64,000 bases of DNA from Theionarchaea archaeon (GCA_018992685.1 JACVGT010000018.1:160001-224000); one strand, 5' to 3'. Counted from the stretch's first letter, positions 9,512 through 19,581 are shown. Numbers and translations: made by a program. Notes: generated by a model from the letters alone, not told the origin.

Positions 9512-10585
9512 GTGATTGTAGCAATCTTGGGAGCTGGTAATGGAGGTCAGGCTCTGGCCGGATACCTCTCCCTAAAAGGATTTTCCGTAAACCTATTCAA
9601 TCGGAGTGAGAAGAGAATCAGACACATTAAGAATGATGCAGGTGTTCATATACAGGGGCTTTTTGAGGAATTTGCCCCTCTAAATATCGTTACGACTGAC
9701 ATCAAGAAAGCACTTTCTGATGCTGACCTGGTCATGGTCGTGGTACCTGCTCAGGCGCACAAGCATGTTGCAGAAATCTGTGCTCCTCATCTGGAGGACG
9801 GCCAGGTTGTTGTTCTCAGCCCTGGACGTACGGGGGGCGCTTTAGAATTCAAGAAGACGCTGGATAAGAATGGGTTCTCAAAGAGAATATACCTTGCAGA
9901 AACTCAAACCTTTTTGTTCGTGAGCCGTGTGGTGAACAACAAGGCTAGAATCACAGGCACCAAGAACTCAGTTCCTGTGGCAGCTTTCCCCGCTTCAGAC
10001 ACGGACAGGGTGATGAGTATGTTGAGACAGGTTCATCCTTCTTTCGAGAAGGCAGAGAACGTGATGGAAACAAGTCTAGCCAACATAGGGGCCATTTTCC
10101 ATCCCTCGACTATGATTCTTAACATGGGCAGAATCGAATCAAGCCAAGATTTCAGCTACTATTTTGATGGGATTACGCCTTATGTGGCACGGTTTCTTGA
10201 GCGGATCGATAAGGAGAGGCAGCGGGTTGCTCGAGCTATCGGAGTTCAGACACTGTCTGCACGCCAGTGGCTGAAGAGAGTTTACAACGCTCAGGGAGAG
10301 ACCTTGTTTGAACGCATCCAGGACAATGGAAAATATCGAGGAGTAGGGTCTCCACAAACCCCGATGCATCGATACATCATGGAAGACATACCCACAGGGC
10401 TGGTGCCCATTGCATCACTTGGTAATCATCTGGGAGTACACGCCCCGGCAATTGACAGTGTCATTGGGATCGCCACCCATCTATATGGGATTGATTTTGA
10501 AGCAAAGGGAAGGACAGTCGAGAGCCTGGGTCTCGAAGGAATGAATAGCCGGCGGATGATAGAATACGTGACAAGAGGTGCATAG
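9512..10585 (+). CDS. NAD(P)-dependent opine (octopine/nopaline) dehydrogenase family protein
   Basis: ILGAGNGG Rossmann motif, PGRTGGALEF, LANIGAIFHP, IDKERQRVA and RYIMEDIPTGLVP. Confidence 0.9.
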   Translation: MIVAILGAGNGGQALAGYLSLKGFSVNLFNRSEKRIRHIKNDAGVHIQGLFEEFAPLNIVTTDIKKALSDADLVMVVVPAQAHKHVAEICAPHLEDGQVVVLSPGRTGGALEFKKTLDKNGFSKRIYLAETQTFLFVSRVVNNKARITGTKNSVPVAAFPASDTDRVMSMLRQVHPSFEKAENVMETSLANIGAIFHPSTMILNMGRIESSQDFSYYFDGITPYVARFLERIDKERQRVARAIGVQTLSARQWLKRVYNAQGETLFERIQDNGKYRGVGSPQTPMHRYIMEDIPTGLVPIASLGNHLGVHAPAIDSVIGIATHLYGIDFEAKGRTVESLGLEGMNSRRMIEYVTRGA

Positions 10586-10586
10586 C

Positions 10587-12227
10587 ATGAGAAAGAGACT
10601 ACTTGGGGCGTCAATTGGAAGTTGCATTCATGTGGCAGGGGTTTTGAATTTTTTAGACCTTGCTGAAAAGCTAGGATATCAAACAAAATATATGGGACCC
10701 GCGGTTCGTGTTGAAGATCTCGTTGACGAGATCTTAGAATCTGATCCTGACATCATTGGGGTCTCGTATCGCCTGACCCCAGAGAATGCACAGGTGCTGT
10801 TTGAAGAATTGAAGAGAAGGATAGTGCAGTACAATATACAGAACAAGAGATGGATATTCGGGGGGACCAGACCAGTGTGTATTGTTGCTGAACGCTCGGG
10901 ACTTTTTGAAAGAGCCTTTGACGGGCTATCTACCATGGAGGACGCTATTTCATACTTAAAGTGCCAGGAAGTAACCCAGGAACAAGAGTACTATCCCCAG
11001 ACATTGATTGAACGTGTTTTTCTCAAGAAACCCTTTCCCATTCTACGGCACCACTTTGGATTACCCTCGCTGGAAGAAACGATTGACGGTATTCAGACGA
11101 TTGCTGAAGCTCAGGTGGTGGATGTAATCAGCATTGCTCCTGACCAGAATGCGCAGGAGAGCCTATTCCGTCCGGAAGAGATGACAGAAGAAACAGGTTC
11201 TGGAGGCGTTCCCTTCCGCAGTAAGGAAGATCTTGCGAGGATGTACAGGGCTTCCAGACGGGGGAACTACCCCCTCTTGCGATGCTATAGCGGGACGCGG
11301 GACCTGGTCAAGATGTCAGAGCTTCTCAAGGAATCGATCAACAATGCATGGACTGCCACTCCTTTGACCTGGTACAGTGTACTGGACGGAAGAAGTTGCA
11401 GGCCTTTGAAGGAAGCCATTTCCGAGAATCAGAAGAATATGACGTGGAATGCAGAAAGAGGAATTCCTGTGGAGGTTAATGAAGCCCATCAGTGGTCACT
11501 GAGAAACGCTCATGATGCTCTGGCTGTTGTCATGGCCTACCTTGCTGCCTACAACGCAAAGAAGATGGGTGTATCAACCTATGTGGCGCAATACATGTTC
11601 AACACGCCCCTGGGGACATCTCCTTTGATGGATGTGGCCAAGATGCTTGCCAAGATTGAACTGATCGAATCTCTACACGATCAAACGTTCACTTCGCTTC
11701 GACAGGTGCGGGTGGCTGGACTGCTGAGTTATCCTGTGGACACAGACTCTGCCATAGGGCAGCTCGCCTCTGCAGTCAATATAGGAATGAGCATTCACCC
11801 TGATATTGTACATGCTGTATCATACAGTGAAGCAGATCATGCAGCAACCTCTGAGGACGTTATCAGGACTTCGAAGATTGCAAAACGTGTTATCCAGAAC
11901 TGTCTCATGGGCATGCCCGATGCAGCGTCTGACCCCAGAGTGATTCAGAGAAAGAACCAGTTGGTAGAGGAAGCTCAGATCCTCCTTAATGCCATCAGGA
12001 CTCTGGGGGACAGTGTCAGAGAATCGTTCACTGATCCACGGGTTCTGGAGGAAGCTGTGAGAAGTGGGCTGCTCGATGCTCCTCAGTTGAAAGGCAATCC
12101 CGTTGCTAAAGGTGAAATCGAAACACAGATGGTCAATGGGGCATGCTATGCCGTGAATGGGGATCAAATCATGACAGAATGGGAGCGAACAGAAAGACTG
12201 ATGGAGGATGTTATTCGTGAATATTAA
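10587..12227 (+). CDS. Cobalamin-binding-domain protein with large C-terminal catalytic domain (mutase-like, function unknown)
   Basis: N-terminal CIHVAG...GVSYRL...FGG (DxHxxG/SxL/GG B12 signature); no CxxxCxxC radical-SAM motif; GAGGTG SD before ATG 10587. Confidence 0.8.
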   Translation: MRKRLLGASIGSCIHVAGVLNFLDLAEKLGYQTKYMGPAVRVEDLVDEILESDPDIIGVSYRLTPENAQVLFEELKRRIVQYNIQNKRWIFGGTRPVCIVAERSGLFERAFDGLSTMEDAISYLKCQEVTQEQEYYPQTLIERVFLKKPFPILRHHFGLPSLEETIDGIQTIAEAQVVDVISIAPDQNAQESLFRPEEMTEETGSGGVPFRSKEDLARMYRASRRGNYPLLRCYSGTRDLVKMSELLKESINNAWTATPLTWYSVLDGRSCRPLKEAISENQKNMTWNAERGIPVEVNEAHQWSLRNAHDALAVVMAYLAAYNAKKMGVSTYVAQYMFNTPLGTSPLMDVAKMLAKIELIESLHDQTFTSLRQVRVAGLLSYPVDTDSAIGQLASAVNIGMSIHPDIVHAVSYSEADHAATSEDVIRTSKIAKRVIQNCLMGMPDAASDPRVIQRKNQLVEEAQILLNAIRTLGDSVRESFTDPRVLEEAVRSGLLDAPQLKGNPVAKGEIETQMVNGACYAVNGDQIMTEWERTERLMEDVIREY

Positions 12228-12993
12228 TGCAGAATTACTGAAAGAACACCTGATTGACTTTATCAGTGGCGAAGTGGCCAAATCTCCCTTCGACAAGGTT
12301 GTTATCGGTATTTCGGGAGGGATCGATTCTGCTGTGGTTGCATACTTGGCCGCTGAAGCCTTGGGAAAAAGGAATGTCATTGGAATCTTAATGCCGTACA
12401 GGACAATGTCTGAAGAGAACAAAGAGGATGCGTCAGCTGTTATTGACGATCTGGGAATACCTTATGTTGAGGTGGATATTTCTCCCATGGTGGACGCTTT
12501 CAAAGTCCTGGTAGATGACACCGACAAGAGACGACTTGGGAGCAAAATGGTCAGAGAACGTATGAGCATTCTGTACTACTATGCAGACAGGTATAAGGCT
12601 GCAGTCTTGGGAACTAGCAACAAGTCTGAAGACCTCTTGGGATATTTCACCAATCATGGAGATTCTGCCTGGGATATTAACCCAATCTCGGGATTATTCA
12701 AGACTCAGGTTATCATGCTAGGTCTGGAACTGGGAGTTCCTGAACGTATTGTGGAGAAGAAGTCAACTGCTGATTTCTGGGTCGGTCAGACAGATGAGGA
12801 GGAATTCGGATTCACCTATTTCGAAGCCGACACCATACTGCATCAGATTGAGAAAGGATATTCCGCAGAAGACCTGGTAGACATAGGACTTGATGAACAG
12901 GTAGTCAGGAAGGTTCTTGAAAGAGTGGATAAAACTGCCCACAAGAGAGTTCCTCCTTCGATACCACAATTGCCTCGTGAGGTACTCAGATGA
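12208..12993 (+). CDS. nadE: NH3-dependent NAD+ synthetase family protein (divergent)
   Basis: ISGGIDS PP-loop, GTSNKSE..LGYFT, GQTDEEE and HKR; start may be GTG 12217. Confidence 0.8.
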   Translation: MLFVNINAELLKEHLIDFISGEVAKSPFDKVVIGISGGIDSAVVAYLAAEALGKRNVIGILMPYRTMSEENKEDASAVIDDLGIPYVEVDISPMVDAFKVLVDDTDKRRLGSKMVRERMSILYYYADRYKAAVLGTSNKSEDLLGYFTNHGDSAWDINPISGLFKTQVIMLGLELGVPERIVEKKSTADFWVGQTDEEEFGFTYFEADTILHQIEKGYSAEDLVDIGLDEQVVRKVLERVDKTAHKRVPPSIPQLPREVLR

Positions 12994-13940
12994 AGGTCGG
13001 AATTGTGTACAGCCAGAGGTGCATAGAACGATTGGAGAAAAAAATCTATGCTGATCACCCCGAAATGAAGGGAAGAACACTCCAGGCTATCTACAGGGCG
13101 CTGGACGACGTGTCCGAGCCAGAGTTCATAAACGAAGATGGAGCTATTATCCCTGCTTTGAGGAGGATGGATGCAGTATTCAACTTGAGCACAGGTTTGA
13201 GAGGAGAAAGCAGGCAGGCACACATTCCAGCCCTTCTGGAACGACTGGAAATACCCTATACGGGATCAGGAGTCCTGACGCATGCGATGGGGCTGAACAA
13301 GCCGAAATCTAAGGAAGTTTTCATAGCCAATGGTGTCCCAACCCCTCCCTTCGAGATTCTGGATACCCTTCAGATAACCCGTAAGGATCTTGATGGCATA
13401 GATTTCCCAATGGTGTTGAAACCCACGAATGGAGGTTCCAGCCGAGGCGTAAGAATAGCGGACTCCCTTACCCAGTTGAAAAAGGCGGTCAGAGAGGCTA
13501 TTCCCAAGTACGGCAGAGTGATGATTGAGCCTTTCGTCGAGGGAAGGGAACTAACAGTGGGGATTCTGGGAAATGAATCACCAGACGTACTTCCCATTTT
13601 GGAAACTGATTTTGAAGATCTTGATACAGTCGTTTACAATTTTGAAGTGAAAGCACGCATCGGGTATACCACAGAACATACATTCCCGGCTCAATTGACT
13701 CCTCAAGAGAGAGAAACAGTGTGTCAGGTGGCGATGAAGGCATACAGAGCGCTCCTCTGCAGGGATTATGCCCGTGTCGACATCCGGTTAGAGGACGGCG
13801 TCCCGTACGTACTTGAGATTAACACGCTTCCTGGACTCTACGTTGACTACAGTGCGATCCCCACCATGGCCCGAGTACGGGGATTGCCCTTTGAAACACT
13901 CATCAGAAGAATATACTTGTATGCTATGGAGCGCGAATGA
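12990..13940 (+). CDS. D-Ala-D-Ala ligase-like ATP-grasp peptide ligase
   Basis: IPYTGSG, LKPTNGGSSRGV, EPFVEGRELTVG, YARVDIRL and LEINTLPG; ATGA overlap with nadE. Confidence 0.88.
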   Translation: MKVGIVYSQRCIERLEKKIYADHPEMKGRTLQAIYRALDDVSEPEFINEDGAIIPALRRMDAVFNLSTGLRGESRQAHIPALLERLEIPYTGSGVLTHAMGLNKPKSKEVFIANGVPTPPFEILDTLQITRKDLDGIDFPMVLKPTNGGSSRGVRIADSLTQLKKAVREAIPKYGRVMIEPFVEGRELTVGILGNESPDVLPILETDFEDLDTVVYNFEVKARIGYTTEHTFPAQLTPQERETVCQVAMKAYRALLCRDYARVDIRLEDGVPYVLEINTLPGLYVDYSAIPTMARVRGLPFETLIRRIYLYAMERE

Positions 13941-14153
13941 CCTGAGTTCTCGCTCGAGGAACAATGCCAACCAGAGAGTGTCACACAAGTCCTGAGTTCT
14001 CTGGCTGCTTGTTCTCACCTGTACAAAGTTAAAACCCTGAAACCAGTCTTCTTCTTGAGGTCAGACTCATGGTTGTGACGGAGATAGTCTCCTGCACTCG
14101 GCAATTTCGTGTCGCCAAACAGGATCTGAGGTAATGTACCATTCTGGTGTCGT

Positions 14154-14786
14154 CTACGCCAATTTTCTGGCCTTCGAGACCCTGAATACGTCAGCATTAC
14201 ATCCTTGGGCTCTGCACTCAATTTCCTCCACTGTATGAGGATGACCTGTGATCCACTCCACCAATCCATAGAGAAGTCCAGCATAGATATTGCATACAGG
14301 AGACTGGGAGACTAATCCTTCGCTTTCGGTGCTGCTCTTTTCGATGATCAGAAAGTGATCTTCTTCCTCCCTGACCTCAATGCGCGGCCTGTGTTCAGAG
14401 GGCAATCTTTTCTCTGATTCTTCTGCGTATTTTTCCAGAGCAAGACGCATTCTTCTGTTCTCTGGCAGAAGGTGTGATGCTGCAAGAAGTGCTTTTGCCA
14501 TTGTACCTGCCTCCACGACTCCTACCCGCACAAATTCGCGGCCAGCTCTGAACTGGAGGGCGCGAGCACCCTTCTCACCAAACAGCTCAGTCAGGCCTGC
14601 TACTAGGCTCCGAACGTCCTGCAGAGGGATTTCTATGCCATCATTCTGGGGAGGCAATTCCTCAATGTATTTCTGCAGGCGGGCGAAGTTAAGAATCGAT
14701 TTCAGTCCGCCTGGGCCAACAGTATTCTCCAATGTCTCTAGGAAGATTCTCATTGTGAGATTGTCCATTTTTCGCTCATCAGACAT
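14154..14786 (-). CDS. V4R (4-vinyl-reductase) domain protein
   Basis: C-terminal PVCNIYAGLLYGLVEW...VEEIECRAQGCNADVF. Confidence 0.8.
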   Translation of the reverse strand: MSDERKMDNLTMRIFLETLENTVGPGGLKSILNFARLQKYIEELPPQNDGIEIPLQDVRSLVAGLTELFGEKGARALQFRAGREFVRVGVVEAGTMAKALLAASHLLPENRRMRLALEKYAEESEKRLPSEHRPRIEVREEEDHFLIIEKSSTESEGLVSQSPVCNIYAGLLYGLVEWITGHPHTVEEIECRAQGCNADVFRVSKARKLA

Positions 14787-14833
14787 GATACCACCAATTT
14801 GAACATGAATCCTCTCATTCTGACTGTTCTGGT

Positions 14834-15205
14834 CTACACCAGCTTCGCTACCTCTTCTGCCGTTCTCTTCATGTCCAGGAAGACCAGCCCCAACTTGGCG
14901 TCTTTTCTTGCCAGTGCAGTCAGGACGGCATTCTCACCTGATGCCATTAGCACCACATACCCGTTCTCTCCCTTAACATAGACTTCTGAGAGGTCTCCCC
15001 TTGCTAGCTCATTTGCTGTCCTCTCTCCCAATGATAACATGGCAGCAGACATAGCAGCAACTCGGTCCTCTTCCACATCTCGGGGTAGAGCGGATGCTAT
15101 CATCAATCCATCCACAGAAACGACGGCAGAAGCTTCAATGTCAGGTGTTGTAGCTTCCAAATCTTTTAGAAGGTCTGTGAGAGCTTCAGTTTTGGGTCTT
15201 GCCAT
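14834..15205 (-). CDS. Roadblock/LC7 (MglB-like) protein
   Basis: ASAVVSVDGLMIAS...VAAMSAAMLSLGER...VYVKGENGYV...AKLGLVFLDMKR; AAGGTGA SD. Confidence 0.92.
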   Translation of the reverse strand: MARPKTEALTDLLKDLEATTPDIEASAVVSVDGLMIASALPRDVEEDRVAAMSAAMLSLGERTANELARGDLSEVYVKGENGYVVLMASGENAVLTALARKDAKLGLVFLDMKRTAEEVAKLV

Positions 15206-15244
15206 TCTTGTCACCTTTTTTCTTTCTCATTTGAATTGAGATCA

Positions 15245-15300
15245 GGTTGTGACAGTAGTCTTTTTGACAGAGCCAGGGTAGTCAACTATCTGTCACAGCC
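15245..15300. repeat. Inverted repeat in the probable leader of the roadblock gene
   Basis: GGTTGTGACAG (15245-15255) and CTGTCACAGCC (15290-15300) pair at 10/11 positions; inner TTGAC/GTCAA. Confidence 0.6.
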
Positions 15301-15740
15301 ACTTCCTACCTATGCTCTCATTGTATATGAATCCTGTTTTTCGTTATTCAAGCAACTTTTCCAACCTTTTTCTGCAGAGATACGTATGTCACTTCATATC
15401 AATGGTAGAGCCAACTCTATCACAATACAGGCAAACTAAGCTCAGCATTTGAACGTGTCAGTTACATCATCAATTGCCTGAACATACTGTGATTTCACAC
15501 TTCCTTGTTCAAATGGAGTTGAAAGGTGAGAGACATCCATGTAAAATGAAGATTCCAAAATGCTGAAACAGAACCCTGGTAAGCTCTCATGGCGGCAAAA
15601 TGGCACATATTAGTGAGATCGAAAAGCCAGATGTCTACGAAAGGGCAACAGCCAGTATTGGCACACGACTGGTAGACAAGTCATGAAGGGTATCATTTAA
15701 ATTGTGGCGATCAATAGTCAAGCTGTTAGGAGGTCTAACT

Positions 15741-16934
15741 ATGTGGTATTTCTACTCGCCGATCGTGGTTTTCGGGGAAGATGCCCTGGATCACCTGGAA
15801 ACCATTGAAGGAAAAAGATGCTTTATAGTGACAGACCCAGGTATCAAGAGCCTGGGATTGCTGGAAATCCTCACCAGAAAATTGGAACGATTGGGAAGGA
15901 GCTGGGAAGTCTTTTCTGATGTTGAACCTGATCCCAGAGAAGAGACTGTGTATAGAGCTGCTGAGCAATGCAAAAAATATAATCCAGATCTCATCATTGG
16001 AATTGGAGGAGGTTCGTCGCTTGATGCAGCAAAAGGTGTCTGGGTCTTATATGAACATCCAGAATTCAAGAGTGTGGACGAGATCCATCCTTTTCAGAAT
16101 TTGAATACTGGGAAGAAAGCCCGGTTGATCGCGATTCCTACGACCTCGGGAACAGGTGCTGAAACAACGTGGGCTGTGGTCATTACCAGAACCAAAGAAG
16201 GGAAAACCCTGAAACTTGAGCAGGGAAACAAAGGAGTTATCCCCACGTATGCTGTGGTTGACCCTGTTTTCACCAAGGGAATGCCTCCAGGCCTGACAGC
16301 TGGAACAGGGTTTGATGCGCTGGCCCACAGTATGGAGTGCTTGATATCCACCTGGCAGAACATGTTTTCGGATGCCTTGGCCATTGGAGCTATCCGTCTC
16401 ATTCTTGAGTATCTACCGCTGGCGGTGAAAGATGGAGATAATATGAAAGCTCGAGAAGCACTGCATAATGCAGCCAGCATGGGGGGACTGGCATTCGGAA
16501 ACGCACAGGTGACATTGGGGCACGCCATGGCTCATGCTCTGGGCGCTGTTTTTCATATTCCTCACGGCACTGCGGTGGGGTTGTGTCTGCCCTATGCCAT
16601 GGAATACTGCATTCACGATCCTGAAAGTGACAGCTCAATTGAGAAACTTGCCCTGACTGCAAAATCAGTGGGGGTTGCTCAATGGTCAGATGACAATTCT
16701 GGAGCTGCCGAGAAGCTCGTGGAGAAGGTGAAGTGGCTGCAGAAAGAGACGGGACTACCCGTCTCGTTGCAGGCCTTGGATGTCTCGAGGGAAGATTTGG
16801 ATGAGAACCTGGATACCCTCATCACCCTGTGTATGGAATCAGCCAGTACCGTGATGACTCCTCGGAATATTGGCGTCTCGGAATTTAGGAAGCTCTTTGA
16901 CTATATGTACTCTGGAAGGAAAGTCGACTTCTGA
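15741..16934 (+). CDS. Iron-containing alcohol dehydrogenase
   Basis: GIGGGSSLDAAK, IPTTSGTGAE, DALAHSME and GHAMAH..HG; AGGAGGT SD. Confidence 0.93.
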   Translation: MWYFYSPIVVFGEDALDHLETIEGKRCFIVTDPGIKSLGLLEILTRKLERLGRSWEVFSDVEPDPREETVYRAAEQCKKYNPDLIIGIGGGSSLDAAKGVWVLYEHPEFKSVDEIHPFQNLNTGKKARLIAIPTTSGTGAETTWAVVITRTKEGKTLKLEQGNKGVIPTYAVVDPVFTKGMPPGLTAGTGFDALAHSMECLISTWQNMFSDALAIGAIRLILEYLPLAVKDGDNMKAREALHNAASMGGLAFGNAQVTLGHAMAHALGAVFHIPHGTAVGLCLPYAMEYCIHDPESDSSIEKLALTAKSVGVAQWSDDNSGAAEKLVEKVKWLQKETGLPVSLQALDVSREDLDENLDTLITLCMESASTVMTPRNIGVSEFRKLFDYMYSGRKVDF

Positions 16935-16944
16935 AGGTGATATC

Positions 16945-18774
16945 ATGAAAGGATTCCGCGGGAAGATCTTGGTGGTGGACTTGTCCTCAGAGACCATTAA
17001 GACTGAACTGGTGAATGAAGAGATTGCCAGGGCGTTTCTGGGTGGAGCTGGATATGCTGTTCGATACCTCTATGATCTTGTGGATGAGGGTACGGACCCT
17101 TTAGGGCCAGAAAATCCTCTTTTTTTCATGACGGGACCTCTCACCGGGACTCTTGCTCCTTCTGCAGGCCGGTGGGTGGTATGTGCCAAGTCGCCACTCA
17201 GCCAGATCTGGGGAGAATCCAACTGTGGAGGCTTTTTCGGAGCTGAGCTAAAATTCGCCGGCTTTGATGGCATTCTGGTGAAGGGAACTTCTGAACATCC
17301 TGTATACGTGTGGATTACCAACGATGAACAAGACATAATGGATGCATCTGATCTGTGGGGGAACGGTATCTATGAAACCCACTCCAGACTGAAACAAGCA
17401 GTTTCGGACAAACTAGCACGAGTAGCCTGTATCGGTCCTGCAGGGGAAAACCTGGTAAAATATGCCAGCATTGGATCTGAAGAACGAGCAGCGGGAAGGA
17501 CAGGGATGGGAGCTGTCATGGGCAGCAAGAACCTGAAGGCTGTGGTGGTCAGGGGAAAACTACGGGACATTGACCTCGCACATCCCGACCAGTATAATCA
17601 GCTGGCAAAGACCATCAAGAATGAGATCATGGATATCTTTACTGCCCAGATGATGGGTGAACTGGGAACGTCAGGTGGTGTTGATATGTACAATTATAGA
17701 GGACAGCTTCCGGTCAAGTACTGGACGAGAGGTGAATTTGACGGTGCCTATGATATCTCGGGTTCCACCATGAAAGAGACAATTCTGGTACGTCCCCGTC
17801 ACTGTTTTGCCTGCCCCATTGGGTGTGGGCGAGTGGTCAACGTGAAAGAAGGGAGATACAAGACCCCTGGTGAGGTGGAAGGGCCTGAGTACGAAACGGT
17901 GGCGGGATTTGGATCCCAACTCCTCAACAATAACCTAGAAGCCATAGCCAAGGCTAACTATCTGTGCAATGACTACGGGATTGACACCATCTCCTCAAGT
18001 GTTATTATTTCTTTTGTATACTACCTCGTGGAAAAAGGAATTGTTTCTGCTGGAGACCTTGATGGAATCAACCCCCGGTTTGGAGACTTTGATCCTGCAC
18101 TGGAGTTCATTTCCAGGATTGCCCAGCGAAAAGGAATTGGGAATCTGCTTGCTGAAGGTGCTCAAGCTGTTGGCAGCCACTTTGGCGTTTCCCGTGACGA
18201 GATTGCCACCGTTGACGGCATGGAGGTAACATATCATGATCTGCGCTCCACGTATGGGATGGCCATTGCGTATGCTACAGGGCCCCGAGGACCTGGGCAT
18301 AACTCCTGTGATATGTACATGACCTCCACGGGGCAGCCCTTTCCAGAACTGGACATTCCTGTTCCAGATCACTATGATGAGAGTTGTGTCATGACTGATG
18401 CCTGCGCCCGCCTCCAGGATTATCGAGCTTTCTACAGTACTGTGATCTTCTGCATGTTCTGCAACCCCGCTCCCTCTTCCATTGGTGACCTCATTTCGTT
18501 GGCCACTGGGTGGGACATTGGAATACCGGAGATCAAGATCATCGGAGAGCGAGTCTTCACCATGAAGAGGCTGTTCAACATCAAGATGGGCCTCTCTGGA
18601 GACTGGGACACCATTCCTGAGATATTGACAGCGCCGGTGTCTGATGGAGGGTCAGCAGGGAGGAGCCCCGACTGGAAAAAGATGCTCAGACAGTATTATG
18701 AATTTCGAAAATGGGACCCGAAGACGGGTATTCCTTCAAAAGAAAAACTGGAAGAACTGGGAATCCATGTGTAG
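16945..18774 (+). CDS. aor: Tungsten aldehyde:ferredoxin oxidoreductase family protein
   Basis: AAGRTGMGAVMGSKNLKA, CFACPIGC, EGPEYET and DYGIDTIS. Confidence 0.93.
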   Translation: MKGFRGKILVVDLSSETIKTELVNEEIARAFLGGAGYAVRYLYDLVDEGTDPLGPENPLFFMTGPLTGTLAPSAGRWVVCAKSPLSQIWGESNCGGFFGAELKFAGFDGILVKGTSEHPVYVWITNDEQDIMDASDLWGNGIYETHSRLKQAVSDKLARVACIGPAGENLVKYASIGSEERAAGRTGMGAVMGSKNLKAVVVRGKLRDIDLAHPDQYNQLAKTIKNEIMDIFTAQMMGELGTSGGVDMYNYRGQLPVKYWTRGEFDGAYDISGSTMKETILVRPRHCFACPIGCGRVVNVKEGRYKTPGEVEGPEYETVAGFGSQLLNNNLEAIAKANYLCNDYGIDTISSSVIISFVYYLVEKGIVSAGDLDGINPRFGDFDPALEFISRIAQRKGIGNLLAEGAQAVGSHFGVSRDEIATVDGMEVTYHDLRSTYGMAIAYATGPRGPGHNSCDMYMTSTGQPFPELDIPVPDHYDESCVMTDACARLQDYRAFYSTVIFCMFCNPAPSSIGDLISLATGWDIGIPEIKIIGERVFTMKRLFNIKMGLSGDWDTIPEILTAPVSDGGSAGRSPDWKKMLRQYYEFRKWDPKTGIPSKEKLEELGIHV

Positions 18775-18876
18775 ATTGATCAGATTTTTCTTCTCTTTTC
18801 CTCTTTCACCCAACCGTATGACAGTGCCAGCACGCTATTCATGCCACCATAAGTATGATACTGAAGCAATGAACAG

Positions 18877-19581
18877 CTAGCGCCTGCGAGCCAGCTCCTC
18901 CATCAGCTCCATCTGAATCTCCTGGATCTGCAGGAGTCTCTGCCACTGATTTGCCAGCAGATGATCAATTTTTTCATGAAGATTCCGTATCTCCACTTCT
19001 GCTTTGAGGTTGACAACATAATCATGCTCTGACCGCAAACGATCCTTTGATTCCTGACGATTCTGACTCATCATGATAACAGGAGCCTGTATTGCAGCAA
19101 GACATGACAGCACAAGGTTCAGGAGAATGAAGGGATAAGGATCAAAATGTTTAGAAAGGAGCACCACACTGTTTATGCCGATCCATACAACCAGTATGCT
19201 AAAGAACATCATGATAAAAAGCCAGCTCCCAGCAAATTTGGCAAGTGCGTCTGAAAGGCGTTCTCCGAAGGTGAGGTTCTGTTGAAACTCAACATTAATA
19301 TCTCTGGATATGAGCTCCTGTTCTCTGAGACTTTTCATTACCTGTTCCTCCAATGAGGAGAGTTCGCCTTTCTCAGTTTCCAGGATCTCCCTCACATACT
19401 CTGATCTGAAGTGGTTGAGGTCAGAAAGACAGATAAATCCAGAGGGGGACCACTGAGGGTACTTCTTCTGGATAGTCTCAACCAGGGGGTCTCGAATGAG
19501 ATCTCCCGGGATGACCTCATCCGGATCTTTATGTTCTCCACAAATCCCACATACAATAGTCTTCTTATCTGCATCTGTCAT
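18877..19581 (-). CDS. DUF1003-family membrane protein
   Basis: TFGERLSD..AKFAGSW and FDPYPFILLNLVLSCLAAIQAPVIMMSQNRQ. Confidence 0.88.
   Translation of the reverse strand: MTDADKKTIVCGICGEHKDPDEVIPGDLIRDPLVETIQKKYPQWSPSGFICLSDLNHFRSEYVREILETEKGELSSLEEQVMKSLREQELISRDINVEFQQNLTFGERLSDALAKFAGSWLFIMMFFSILVVWIGINSVVLLSKHFDPYPFILLNLVLSCLAAIQAPVIMMSQNRQESKDRLRSEHDYVVNLKAEVEIRNLHEKIDHLLANQWQRLLQIQEIQMELMEELARRR

Noticed and set aside
12990-13940. ddl as evidence of peptidoglycan synthesis
   Set aside because: Archaeal context, no mur genes, and the Ddl N-terminal GGxSxE motif is absent.
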